From Chthonomonadales bacterium (GTDB lineage: Bacteria > Armatimonadota > Chthonomonadetes > Chthonomonadales > Chthonomonadaceae), in the NCBI GenBank assembly GCA_038217285.1, contig JBBQPO010000157.1:1-14728 (forward strand): DNA of 14,728 bases, written 5' to 3'. How positions within the stretch are numbered: the stretch's first letter is position 1; each line of letters begins with the position of its first letter. The notes below the pieces were generated by a model. That model saw nothing but the letters and a program-made list of their open reading frames with translations, searched no databases and was not told the origin of the DNA. Shown piece after piece: positions 8,501-14,728 of the stretch. The translations under genes were made by a program, and so were the position numbers.

Positions 8501-10529
8501 CCTCGTCGTTCTTCACCCGCTTCCACTCATGGAAGCCTGTTTCCAGCTCGATCGCGACGTTCGGGACAGGCTTGCCGTCGTGATCCATCGCTGTGAGATT
8601 GACATTGGTCGCCTCACCCGGCGCGGCCACATAGCCGTCTGGTTTCAGGGTGAGTCGGAAATCGCCCGCGACGACGTTCGCCGTGCCATCCGCCGAAACT
8701 TCGCGGTTCTCCCCCTCCGTCACGGTCGCATTGACGGTATAGATATCGGCCTGCGAGGACTCGGAGTTGCTGTCGCCCTTCGCGACGAACTGAATGACCG
8801 CCCTGCCGTTCTCATCCAGCACGGAAGCGCCGTCCGCTTTGACTTCGCCGTAGTAGCTCTCCGCGCCGCCATCGAAGCCCGCTTCATCGGGACCGGACGA
8901 ACTATCGGTTTCGTCGGCGTTGTCGTCGAGTGGTGTGGCGTAGTCCGCTGAGCTATAGACGCTGTACTTCACCTTCGCCCCAACCACGGGCGCGCCGAAG
9001 TAGTACTGCGCGGAGACGGTCATACGGACAGTTTCACCTTTACGGTAGCGCTTCTTGTCCGGCGTGACGCTGACGGAGAACTCTGGCTTCTGGTAGGAGG
9101 CGATGACGATCTGATGCGTATGCTCCTCACCCCTCACGGTCGTAATCAGGGTATAGACCCCGGTGGCGGCCTCTGGATCGAGAGCGACCTTGCCGTTGAA
9201 GGAGCCATAGCGGTTGGTGGTCAGTTTGGTCAGCAGAATGCGTTCGCTGTCTTTGTCTCGCATCTCGACCGTGACTGGCTCGCCTGCGGGCACGGCATAC
9301 CGCTGGGTCGGCTCGACGGCGTCCATATCCCGAATGCGCCGTACGATCCCCTTGAAGGCGATCTGCTGTCCGGGGCGGTAGATCGGCCGGTCGGTGTAGG
9401 CATGAACCGCGAAGTTCCCCGCGTCCTCATTGCGGAAATAGTCCCGCGTGATGATGGCCTCGTCGTCGCCCCGCACCACCAGCGTCGTGATTCTGGCGGC
9501 ATCGGCCGTGTCGGAGCCGTCCCCGCCCTCGTCCCCGCCGTCCGCACTGGCAGCATGGCGCGGCGCAGTGCGAGGCATCGTGAGCGAGGCGAGGCCCACT
9601 GCGTCGGTGCTCGACTCGGCCACAACCTTGCCGTTACGATAGGCGCGCACCGTGCTGTTCGGCAGCGGCGCACCGCTCTGCATATCGACCGCATAGGCCA
9701 GGACACTGTTCTGCGCCCGCTTCACGATGAGCGCCGTATCCGTCACCAGGATCCAGGAACAGACCGACTTGCCAGCATGTTTAAGGTCGAGCAGGTAGAG
9801 TCCGGTCGGCAGTTGCTCGAAGTTCAGCTTCTGATAGAAGAAGCCTTCCTTGTCACCCTGCGTAATGGCGATATCGCGCTCCTGAACGATCTTCGGCGCC
9901 TGCCCGACTTTCGGGTGCAGCAAGCCGTCCGGCAGATTAGGCGCCGGATCGTATGAGCGTCCGACCGAGTCGAGCTTCTGCTCGTTCTCCGGGTTTTGCA
10001 GCAGCGTGGAGAGGCGTGTGTGAAAAAGGCGCAGATGAACGTTGTCCTGCTCCCCCTTCTTTTTGGTATCGACGTAGCCGCTGACACCGAGGTTGGCTTT
10101 CTCCCTGGTGCCGAAAATCCGTTGATGCTCCTTGAGTGCAAGCTCCGGTTTCGAGCGGGCAAGGGTCATTTCGAGCGGGGTCGTCTGTCCCTCCTGCACG
10201 GAGACGTAGAGGTTCTGCACGTCGTGCGAGTCGGAGTTGGCATAGACATGGTAGTCGCCCGCCGGAAGGTGGGTAATGGCGAACGTGCCATCGTCGTTGC
10301 TGACGGCGAAGCGGTGTCTGCGGACGTCTCCCGAGGAGACGATCGGATAGAAGTTGATCTCGGCGCCGGCCAGAGGCTGCCGGTTCTCGGCAAGGAGCAC
10401 ATGCCCTCGCACCACCCCGACAGGAATCTCGTTGGAGAAGGCGAATCGCATGGCGACCCCGATGCAGACGACAGCCAGCAGCAGCGCCGCATGCCGGGGC
10501 CAGAGCAGAGAGCGGAGCGTGGAGGTCAT
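5565..10529 (-). CDS. Bacterial alpha-2-macroglobulin family protein (1654 aa) with an N-terminal carboxypeptidase-regulatory-like domain and intact thioester motif
   Basis: Motifs YTDRPIYRPGQ (MG2), YQKPEFSV, YYFGAPV, DKRHYNPGETA, GVVDESIYAL, RKKFPDTAYW, LPDNLTTWR, FPYGCTEQTMS (CxEQ at 6990-7001), WGSTRDTAWAL and VEDPFPSGCE. The true start is ATG 10529, which overlaps the upstream stop (ATGA), has a GGAAGGAG RBS and is followed by a hydrophobic signal/anchor. Confidence 0.95.
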   Translation of the reverse strand: MTSTLRSLLWPRHAALLLAVVCIGVAMRFAFSNEIPVGVVRGHVLLAENRQPLAGAEINFYPIVSSGDVRRHRFAVSNDDGTFAITHLPAGDYHVYANSDSHDVQNLYVSVQEGQTTPLEMTLARSKPELALKEHQRIFGTREKANLGVSGYVDTKKKGEQDNVHLRLFHTRLSTLLQNPENEQKLDSVGRSYDPAPNLPDGLLHPKVGQAPKIVQERDIAITQGDKEGFFYQKLNFEQLPTGLYLLDLKHAGKSVCSWILVTDTALIVKRAQNSVLAYAVDMQSGAPLPNSTVRAYRNGKVVAESSTDAVGLASLTMPRTAPRHAASADGGDEGGDGSDTADAARITTLVVRGDDEAIITRDYFRNEDAGNFAVHAYTDRPIYRPGQQIAFKGIVRRIRDMDAVEPTQRYAVPAGEPVTVEMRDKDSERILLTKLTTNRYGSFNGKVALDPEAATGVYTLITTVRGEEHTHQIVIASYQKPEFSVSVTPDKKRYRKGETVRMTVSAQYYFGAPVVGAKVKYSVYSSADYATPLDDNADETDSSSGPDEAGFDGGAESYYGEVKADGASVLDENGRAVIQFVAKGDSNSESSQADIYTVNATVTEGENREVSADGTANVVAGDFRLTLKPDGYVAAPGEATNVNLTAMDHDGKPVPNVAIELETGFHEWKRVKNDEEGKFAYHYTAVGTLHAITGPDGHAVVSVTAPRSGELYIKARAFDSGRHKIIGTSYLWVADEKGGDLNTEYADLSLLTDKRHYNPGETARVLINASRIGQTVLLTVEGNRVYATQSVVLKQHSTIVHVPLPPNYGPNVVLAACYVRQKHYATSQTALRVATPGQQINVKITADRDTASAEHQAAGGTAGGSAKLTLARYAPGDKIRYTVQTTDLQGHAVPAELSFGVVDESIYALRKDDPKALRDSFFPNRYNRVSTEYSFAIQYLGDADKAEPQIAARKKFPDTAYWNPTLETDEHGLATVSFALPDNLTTWRATATAHTLDTRLGRTTQQVLVSKEFLVRLQTPRSLTQHDLSRVVALVHNDTGVAQTAQVHLTTENLTINSAAVQSLTLEPGKIGEVVWNVTADGFGAAKLKVTAFTPRTNGVQFTDGVETSLPIRPHGREVITAFAGEVTDKNPETEVIRLDPKAVPELSRLTVHITPSIAGSLVGATDYLIGFPYGCTEQTMSRFLPDLLVQRALTLHAMADTKHQEQLPRMVHAGLNRLTRFQHAETGGWGWWEHDADDPWMTAYVLYGLATARAEGYKVSDKVLTKGRAIAAKMARDPKTAPDTAAFLLYALALNGDNATARSEYDRLVGRRMHGAGYAYLVLTAKLINLDTSAALANMNREAVWTDGMLHWRDSTGLYSWDWDDREMTAMALRALLAVNSQEPRIGAMLRWMMLHRTGTYWGSTRDTAWALAAFCDYLKSKSDFTSGGQVTIKLNGVVRQTYTLTPDLMKQPQLTLHVPASELRPDKNDVTLERTGGAIPVFYSVEWKQTLATEDIPAFSPPPIKGETLTVKREYLRLKPQKVGSDSWSLQTEPTNNQLAQGDRIRVRLTIDSPRDMAYVLVEDPFPSGCEVNERGDASEVVEWGYWWQGVDVRDDHIAFFAKTITKGKHVIEYNLRAQTPGSYHALPTLVQGMYTPETRAETAETRVEIK

Positions 10530-12316
10530 CGCACCGCTCCTTCCGTCGGAAGAACGCTGGTTCCCTGCCGTTTGCTGCGCATCCAACCGGCGAACCGTCC
10601 GCTGTAGTCTGCGAGGAGAATCAGGACTGCCAGAACCGCGATGAGCTTGAGCGTCAGCGTCTCTTTGTCGACGCGTGTCAGCTGCGTGAGCGGCAGAACG
10701 TGGTGCGTCCACTGTGCGAGCGCCAGACAGACTCCGAGCGCGAACAACGCCGGCAGCAGCCGCAGAGCGGGAGAAAGGGTCTCTTTCGGACTTGCTGCGG
10801 ACGTTGGCGCTGTGGACGGCAGCAGCGTGATCGCGAGCGCCAGACCGAGCATCAGGGCCAGGGCGCATTTCGTGCCCCAGAGGATGAGAACGAGCGCGGG
10901 AATCGCCAGCACCAAAGCGGCGACGACGCACAGGCGTGCGATACGAGGTCCGGGAGTGGTGGTCGCGGTAAAGGGACGCAGCAGGAAGCCGGTCAGGAGG
11001 GCAGGCAGCACCGCTCCGAGGAGCAGGCCGAACGCGGCATACTGATCGGTCAGGCTGACGCCGCGCAGCTCGCTCTCGAACCGGGAGGTGAAGACACGGT
11101 AGAGGAGCAGCGCCACGCCCATCAGCCCGAGCCGCAGCAGATTTGCGGCGACGACAGGCGTATCGGCCGACAGCGAATCGCTCTCTCCGGTTTCCGGCTC
11201 CTGTGCGAAGACGACGGAGAGGCTGACCGCCAGCCAGGCCCCGATCAACAGCAGTCCGACTCCGAAGCCCGCCAGCCTCTGAAACGCGACCATGATTCCG
11301 GCGAGCAGCAGCAGCGCCGCGACCGCATTGTTCTGCCAGGCGATCACGCCAGCGTTGCCAGGGGTCTCGCGCTCCAGCCGTCGCGCCGAGGCCGCCACCC
11401 ACCAGGCCGCTGCGCCTCCAAACAGTCCGAGCCCCATCACCTCAAAGAGGTGCAGGGCGAGTTTATGATTCTCGGTATCCACAACGCGCGCCGCCAGCAG
11501 TTTGCCCAGCGCGAGCAGCACGAGGGAGGCCAATGCCAGTCGCCAGAGCCGCAGAGCCGTATTGCGGGAGAGCGCGTCGGGCAGAATAGTCTCGCCGCTG
11601 CGCGCCAGCCCGGCCATGCCCGGCATCTGTCCAAACACCAGCGTCAGTCCGGCGTTCAGTACACCGCTCAGGAGCAGCGCGAAGGGCACTCCCGCCGCGA
11701 AGACCATGCCCAGCACACTCCAGGAAACCGTAGAGGTCGCCGTCAGATCGACGGTACCGCGCATCTCTCCGAGCGCCGCCACCCCGCAGGTCAGGATCGC
11801 GAAGCCGGTACCAGTAACCACCGACAGGACGCCGGGGCGCTCTGTCGTGTCCTCGCGCTGCAGCATTCCGATCAGGACGAGAAAGGTGACGCAGAACCAG
11901 CCGATGGCCGCACCCAGCAGCGTATCGAGCAGAGAGGCGCGCAGCATCAGCAAGGGCGTCACGGCGGCGACCAGTCCCATCCCACACGGCGCAGCGACCG
12001 TCGCCCCGATGCGACGGCGACGAAGTTCGCCGCCCTCCCCGGCCAGGAGCGGAACCAGGGCTGCCAGCAGCGCGCAGACAGCGCCGAGCAGGAAGCCCTT
12101 CCCAAGCCCCTGCCCCTCCGCGAAAAACTTACCGTGCGACGGCAGGGTCGCGATAAACACCAGCAGAGGCAAAACGACTGCGGCGATCAGATAGGGTCGG
12201 GGCAGTTCCTTTGCGCCGTTCCCCGTTTCCGTATGCCGTGCGCGGGCTGCGATCAGACCCAGCAGCCAGCTCACCCAACCCATCGCGAACACGCCCCACA
12301 AGAGACTGCGTTCCAT
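10526..12316 (-). CDS. Polytopic membrane protein (596 aa); possible non-catalytic homolog of membrane pyrophosphatases
   Basis: Roughly 15-17 hydrophobic segments by eye. AAGGAAGG RBS before ATG 12316. The stop overlaps the A2M start. Several helices resemble HppA helices in the same order (see findings). The CDS is confident; the family call is tentative. Confidence 0.85.
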   Translation of the reverse strand: MERSLLWGVFAMGWVSWLLGLIAARARHTETGNGAKELPRPYLIAAVVLPLLVFIATLPSHGKFFAEGQGLGKGFLLGAVCALLAALVPLLAGEGGELRRRRIGATVAAPCGMGLVAAVTPLLMLRASLLDTLLGAAIGWFCVTFLVLIGMLQREDTTERPGVLSVVTGTGFAILTCGVAALGEMRGTVDLTATSTVSWSVLGMVFAAGVPFALLLSGVLNAGLTLVFGQMPGMAGLARSGETILPDALSRNTALRLWRLALASLVLLALGKLLAARVVDTENHKLALHLFEVMGLGLFGGAAAWWVAASARRLERETPGNAGVIAWQNNAVAALLLLAGIMVAFQRLAGFGVGLLLIGAWLAVSLSVVFAQEPETGESDSLSADTPVVAANLLRLGLMGVALLLYRVFTSRFESELRGVSLTDQYAAFGLLLGAVLPALLTGFLLRPFTATTTPGPRIARLCVVAALVLAIPALVLILWGTKCALALMLGLALAITLLPSTAPTSAASPKETLSPALRLLPALFALGVCLALAQWTHHVLPLTQLTRVDKETLTLKLIAVLAVLILLADYSGRFAGWMRSKRQGTSVLPTEGAVR

Positions 12317-12471
12317 TGTAGCCTTCCTTGCCCTCCAGGGCAAAAAACCGAGAGAATCCGAACAGGGAGAAGAGACGAATCGTAGGCCACCACCCTCCTT
12401 ACCGCAACAGGACGGCAAGCGGCTACAATTGGTAAGACGTCACAACAATCGGCATCGACTACAGGCCAATG

Positions 12472-12510
12472 TGTGAATTATTGCACACTCATCCTGTGAA
12501 TTATTGCATA
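12472..12510. promoter_or_regulatory. Tandem palindromic operator pair, Rex-like or CRP/FNR-like
   Basis: TGTGAATTATTGCA occurs at 12472-12485 and 12495-12508. Site 1, TGTGAA-TTAT-TGCACA, is one mismatch from TGTGAA-N4-TTCACA. Confidence 0.55.
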
Positions 12511-12584
12511 GGAGTCGCATGCGGTCCCATGCGGCGATCTTCCGACTGGCAAAGAACGACCGCCTCGCGCTTTCGTACTCTGCC

Positions 12585-12772
12585 CCGCCCCTCAAGGAGC
12601 GGTCTGATGCGGTAAGCCCCCTAAAGGGGGCTGGGTCGGACGTCCGTCTATTCTTGCGCTTCCATAATCAGGCTGAGAGCATCAATGTTTGGCGCACTGG
12701 ACCTCCCTGGCAACCATCACATGCCCATTTATGGGCCTTAACATTCCCATCAGGCCGCTCCTTGAGGGGCGG
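12585..12772. repeat. Inverted pair of REP-like double-hairpin units
   Basis: 25-bp arms at 12585-12609 and 12748-12772 are reverse complements at 24/25 positions. Each arm contains an imperfect palindrome and has a second hairpin on its inner side (12615-12632 and 12723-12736). Confidence 0.8.
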
Positions 12773-12863
12773 CATTCCGATCATGCGGAAACCTGCAACA
12801 TCCCTCTCTCGACAGGTGTCAATAAGAGAAGCTATCTTTGCCTGATTAGAGTCAACGCCCACT

Positions 12864-14728
12864 ATGACTAAAAGCTGTGCGATTCTCTTCCTCTTGTTCT
12901 CTCTCGTGCTGCCGACAACACTCGTCTGGGCTGTGCCTCCGCGTCATGCTGCCCCATCGAAGAAGGCTGTCGCTCCGAAACCGGTGCGTCTGGTCGTTAC
13001 GCCCACTTTGGTGCGGCTTGTCGGGCCGAAGTCGGCGCAGCGGCTGCTGGCGACGGCTCTCTTCGCAGATGGCTCCCAACGGGATGTGACCGATAGCGCT
13101 GCCTTTGCAAGCGCCGCGCCCAAAGTGGCGATGGTGACGAACGGCACTACCCTTCCGAAGGGGGACGGGACTACGGCGGTCGTGGTCAGGTGGGAGGGAT
13201 TGACAGCCCGTGTGGCGGTCTCCGCGACGGGAACGCAGCAGCCGGTCAGCTACTCGTTCGTGGACGATGTGGTGCCGGTGTTGTCGCGGCTGGGGTGCAG
13301 TCAGGGAACGTGTCATGGCGCGGCACAGGGCAAAGGCGGCTTCCGACTGAGCCTGCGCGGGTATGCGCCGGAGATCGACATCGTCTCGATCACGCGGCAA
13401 CTCGGAGGGCGCCGCATCAGCCGCGAAGCGCCCGAAAACAGTCTGCTGCTGCGCAAGCCATTGGCGGAGGTGCCGCATCGCGGCGGCAAGCGGCTGGATA
13501 AGGCCTCACGGGAGTACGCTGTGTTGCTGGGCTGGCTGAAAAACGGGACGCCTGGGCCGACCGGCAAAGAGGCGGCGCTGGCGAAACTGGAGATACTGCC
13601 CGGCGACCGACAGATGAAGCCACTGGAGAAGCAGCGACTGCTGGTGCGCGCGACGTTTGCAGACGGACGCACGGAAGACGTCACGGATCGTGCCCTCTAC
13701 AACAGCAACGATGTGGCGCTGGCGACGGTAGACGAAAGCGGACTCGTGACGATGCAGCGGGCCGGAGAGACGGCCGTCACGACAAAGTATATGGACAAGA
13801 TGGCCGTGGTGCGGGTGCTGTCGCCGTTCAACCAGAAGGTGGCGGAGACGGCCTTTACGGCTTCCAACAACTATATCGACCCGTTGGTCGATGCGAAGCT
13901 GAAGCAACTGCACATCGAACCTTCCGGCCTCTGCACCGACGAAGAGTTCCTGCGCCGCGCCTCTCTGGACGCGATCGGAACCCTGCCGACGATGGACGAG
14001 GCCCGTGCCTTCCTGGACTCGAAGGACGTTCGCAAGCGCGAGACGCTGGTGGAGGCCCTGCTGCAGCGGCCCGAATACGGGGAGATCTGGGCCTTGAAGT
14101 TTGGGGACTTGTTTGTTCTTCGGCGGGAGTATATGCATCGCAAGTACGCTATGTTGATGCAGCAATGGCTCGCGGAACAGTTTAATGCCGACCGCTCCTG
14201 GGACAAGATCGTGACCGACATTCTGACGGCCAGCGGCGATCTGGAGACGCACCAGGGCGGCTACTTCTTCGTCAGTCGCGCCCCGCAAAAGCCGGGACAG
14301 GGCTACTGGGTGCGCGCCTCGGAGCCGACCGCAGAGATGACCGCGCAGGTGTTTCTGGGCGCGCGCATCCAGTGCGCCAAGTGCCACAATCACCCGACCG
14401 AACGCTATACCCAGGACGACTACTACCACTATACAGCGCTCTGGCAGCAGTTGGTGGGCAAGGGCGAAAATGACGACGGTGTGCCGGAGAAACTGGCCTC
14501 GGAGGACAAGAACGACATTCGCCAACCGCGCACCAACGACGTCATGATCCCGCGCCCCCTCGACCGCTCCGATCTCGGATTCGGCAAAGACGAAGACAGG
14601 CGCATCAAGGCGGCGGCCTGGATCGTACGGCAGGACGACTTCGCGCGCAACATCGTCAACCGCTACTGGGCGCGCTGTTTCGGCATGGGTATCGTCGAGC
14701 CGGTCGATGACATCCGCAGCACGAACCC
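12864..14728 (+). CDS. DUF1549/DUF1553 (planctomycete cytochrome-c-like, PSCyt2/PSD1) secreted protein with Ig-like domains; 3' end beyond the window
   Basis: Open from ATG 12864 to the window end. It has a signal peptide (MTKSCAILFLLFSLVLPTTLVWA) and motifs SFVDDVVPVLSRLGCSQGTCHGAAQGKGGFRLSL, NNYIDPLVDAKL, DEEFLRRASLDAIGTLPT, VFLGARIQCAKCHNHP and FARNIVNRYWARCFGMGIVEPVDD. Confidence 0.93.
   Translation, partial: MTKSCAILFLLFSLVLPTTLVWAVPPRHAAPSKKAVAPKPVRLVVTPTLVRLVGPKSAQRLLATALFADGSQRDVTDSAAFASAAPKVAMVTNGTTLPKGDGTTAVVVRWEGLTARVAVSATGTQQPVSYSFVDDVVPVLSRLGCSQGTCHGAAQGKGGFRLSLRGYAPEIDIVSITRQLGGRRISREAPENSLLLRKPLAEVPHRGGKRLDKASREYAVLLGWLKNGTPGPTGKEAALAKLEILPGDRQMKPLEKQRLLVRATFADGRTEDVTDRALYNSNDVALATVDESGLVTMQRAGETAVTTKYMDKMAVVRVLSPFNQKVAETAFTASNNYIDPLVDAKLKQLHIEPSGLCTDEEFLRRASLDAIGTLPTMDEARAFLDSKDVRKRETLVEALLQRPEYGEIWALKFGDLFVLRREYMHRKYAMLMQQWLAEQFNADRSWDKIVTDILTASGDLETHQGGYFFVSRAPQKPGQGYWVRASEPTAEMTAQVFLGARIQCAKCHNHPTERYTQDDYYHYTALWQQLVGKGENDDGVPEKLASEDKNDIRQPRTNDVMIPRPLDRSDLGFGKDEDRRIKAAAWIVRQDDFARNIVNRYWARCFGMGIVEPVDDIRSTN

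Noticed and set aside
10530-11402. 291-aa N-terminal extension of the A2M ORF (1945-aa call)
   Set aside because: It is Arg-rich off-frame sequence overlapping the membrane-protein gene. The RBS, ATGA coupling and signal segment place the start at 10529.
8124-12385. Several long plus-strand ORFs (275, 280, 203, 561 and 230 aa)
   Set aside because: They are antisense shadows of the well-supported minus-strand genes.
12317-12418. Longer start for the membrane protein (630 aa)
   Set aside because: The strong RBS precedes ATG 12316, and the extension looks non-coding.
12472-12772. Possible CRISPR array or riboswitch in the intergenic region
   Set aside because: There are only two short direct repeats with a 9-bp gap, no spacer-sized periodicity, no cas genes, and no riboswitch consensus I can recognise.
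12852-14659. Minus-strand ORFs (208, 339 aa and others)
   Set aside because: They are antisense to the DUF1549/DUF1553 gene, which has clear family motifs.

Overview
The window has two parts. Bases 1 to ~4750 are a visibly lower-GC, decaying accessory segment. It holds a probable excisionase-like/HTH pseudogene, a truncated IS701-like (DDE_5-type) transposase, and a full-length but inactivated 1551-bp IS4-like element with perfect 15-bp terminal inverted repeats. It also holds an orphan hypothetical gene and a small-protein + nucleotidyltransferase pair. Bases ~4750 to 14728 are high-GC and core-like. They contain a tightly coupled minus-strand three-gene operon (596-aa polytopic membrane protein, then a 1654-aa thioester-type alpha-2-macroglobulin, then a VanW/G5 protein). 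Divergent from it is an incomplete DUF1549/DUF1553 heme-c-motif protein gene that the ORF track omits. The most interesting candidate is the operon: by eye, its membrane protein follows the helix order of membrane pyrophosphatases (HppA) but lacks their acidic catalytic loops, and it sits where a PBP1C partner is usually found next to CxEQ-type macroglobulins. The divergent intergenic region has tandem Rex/CRP-like boxes and an inverted REP-like element. All family calls come from motif recognition by eye; no searches were run.
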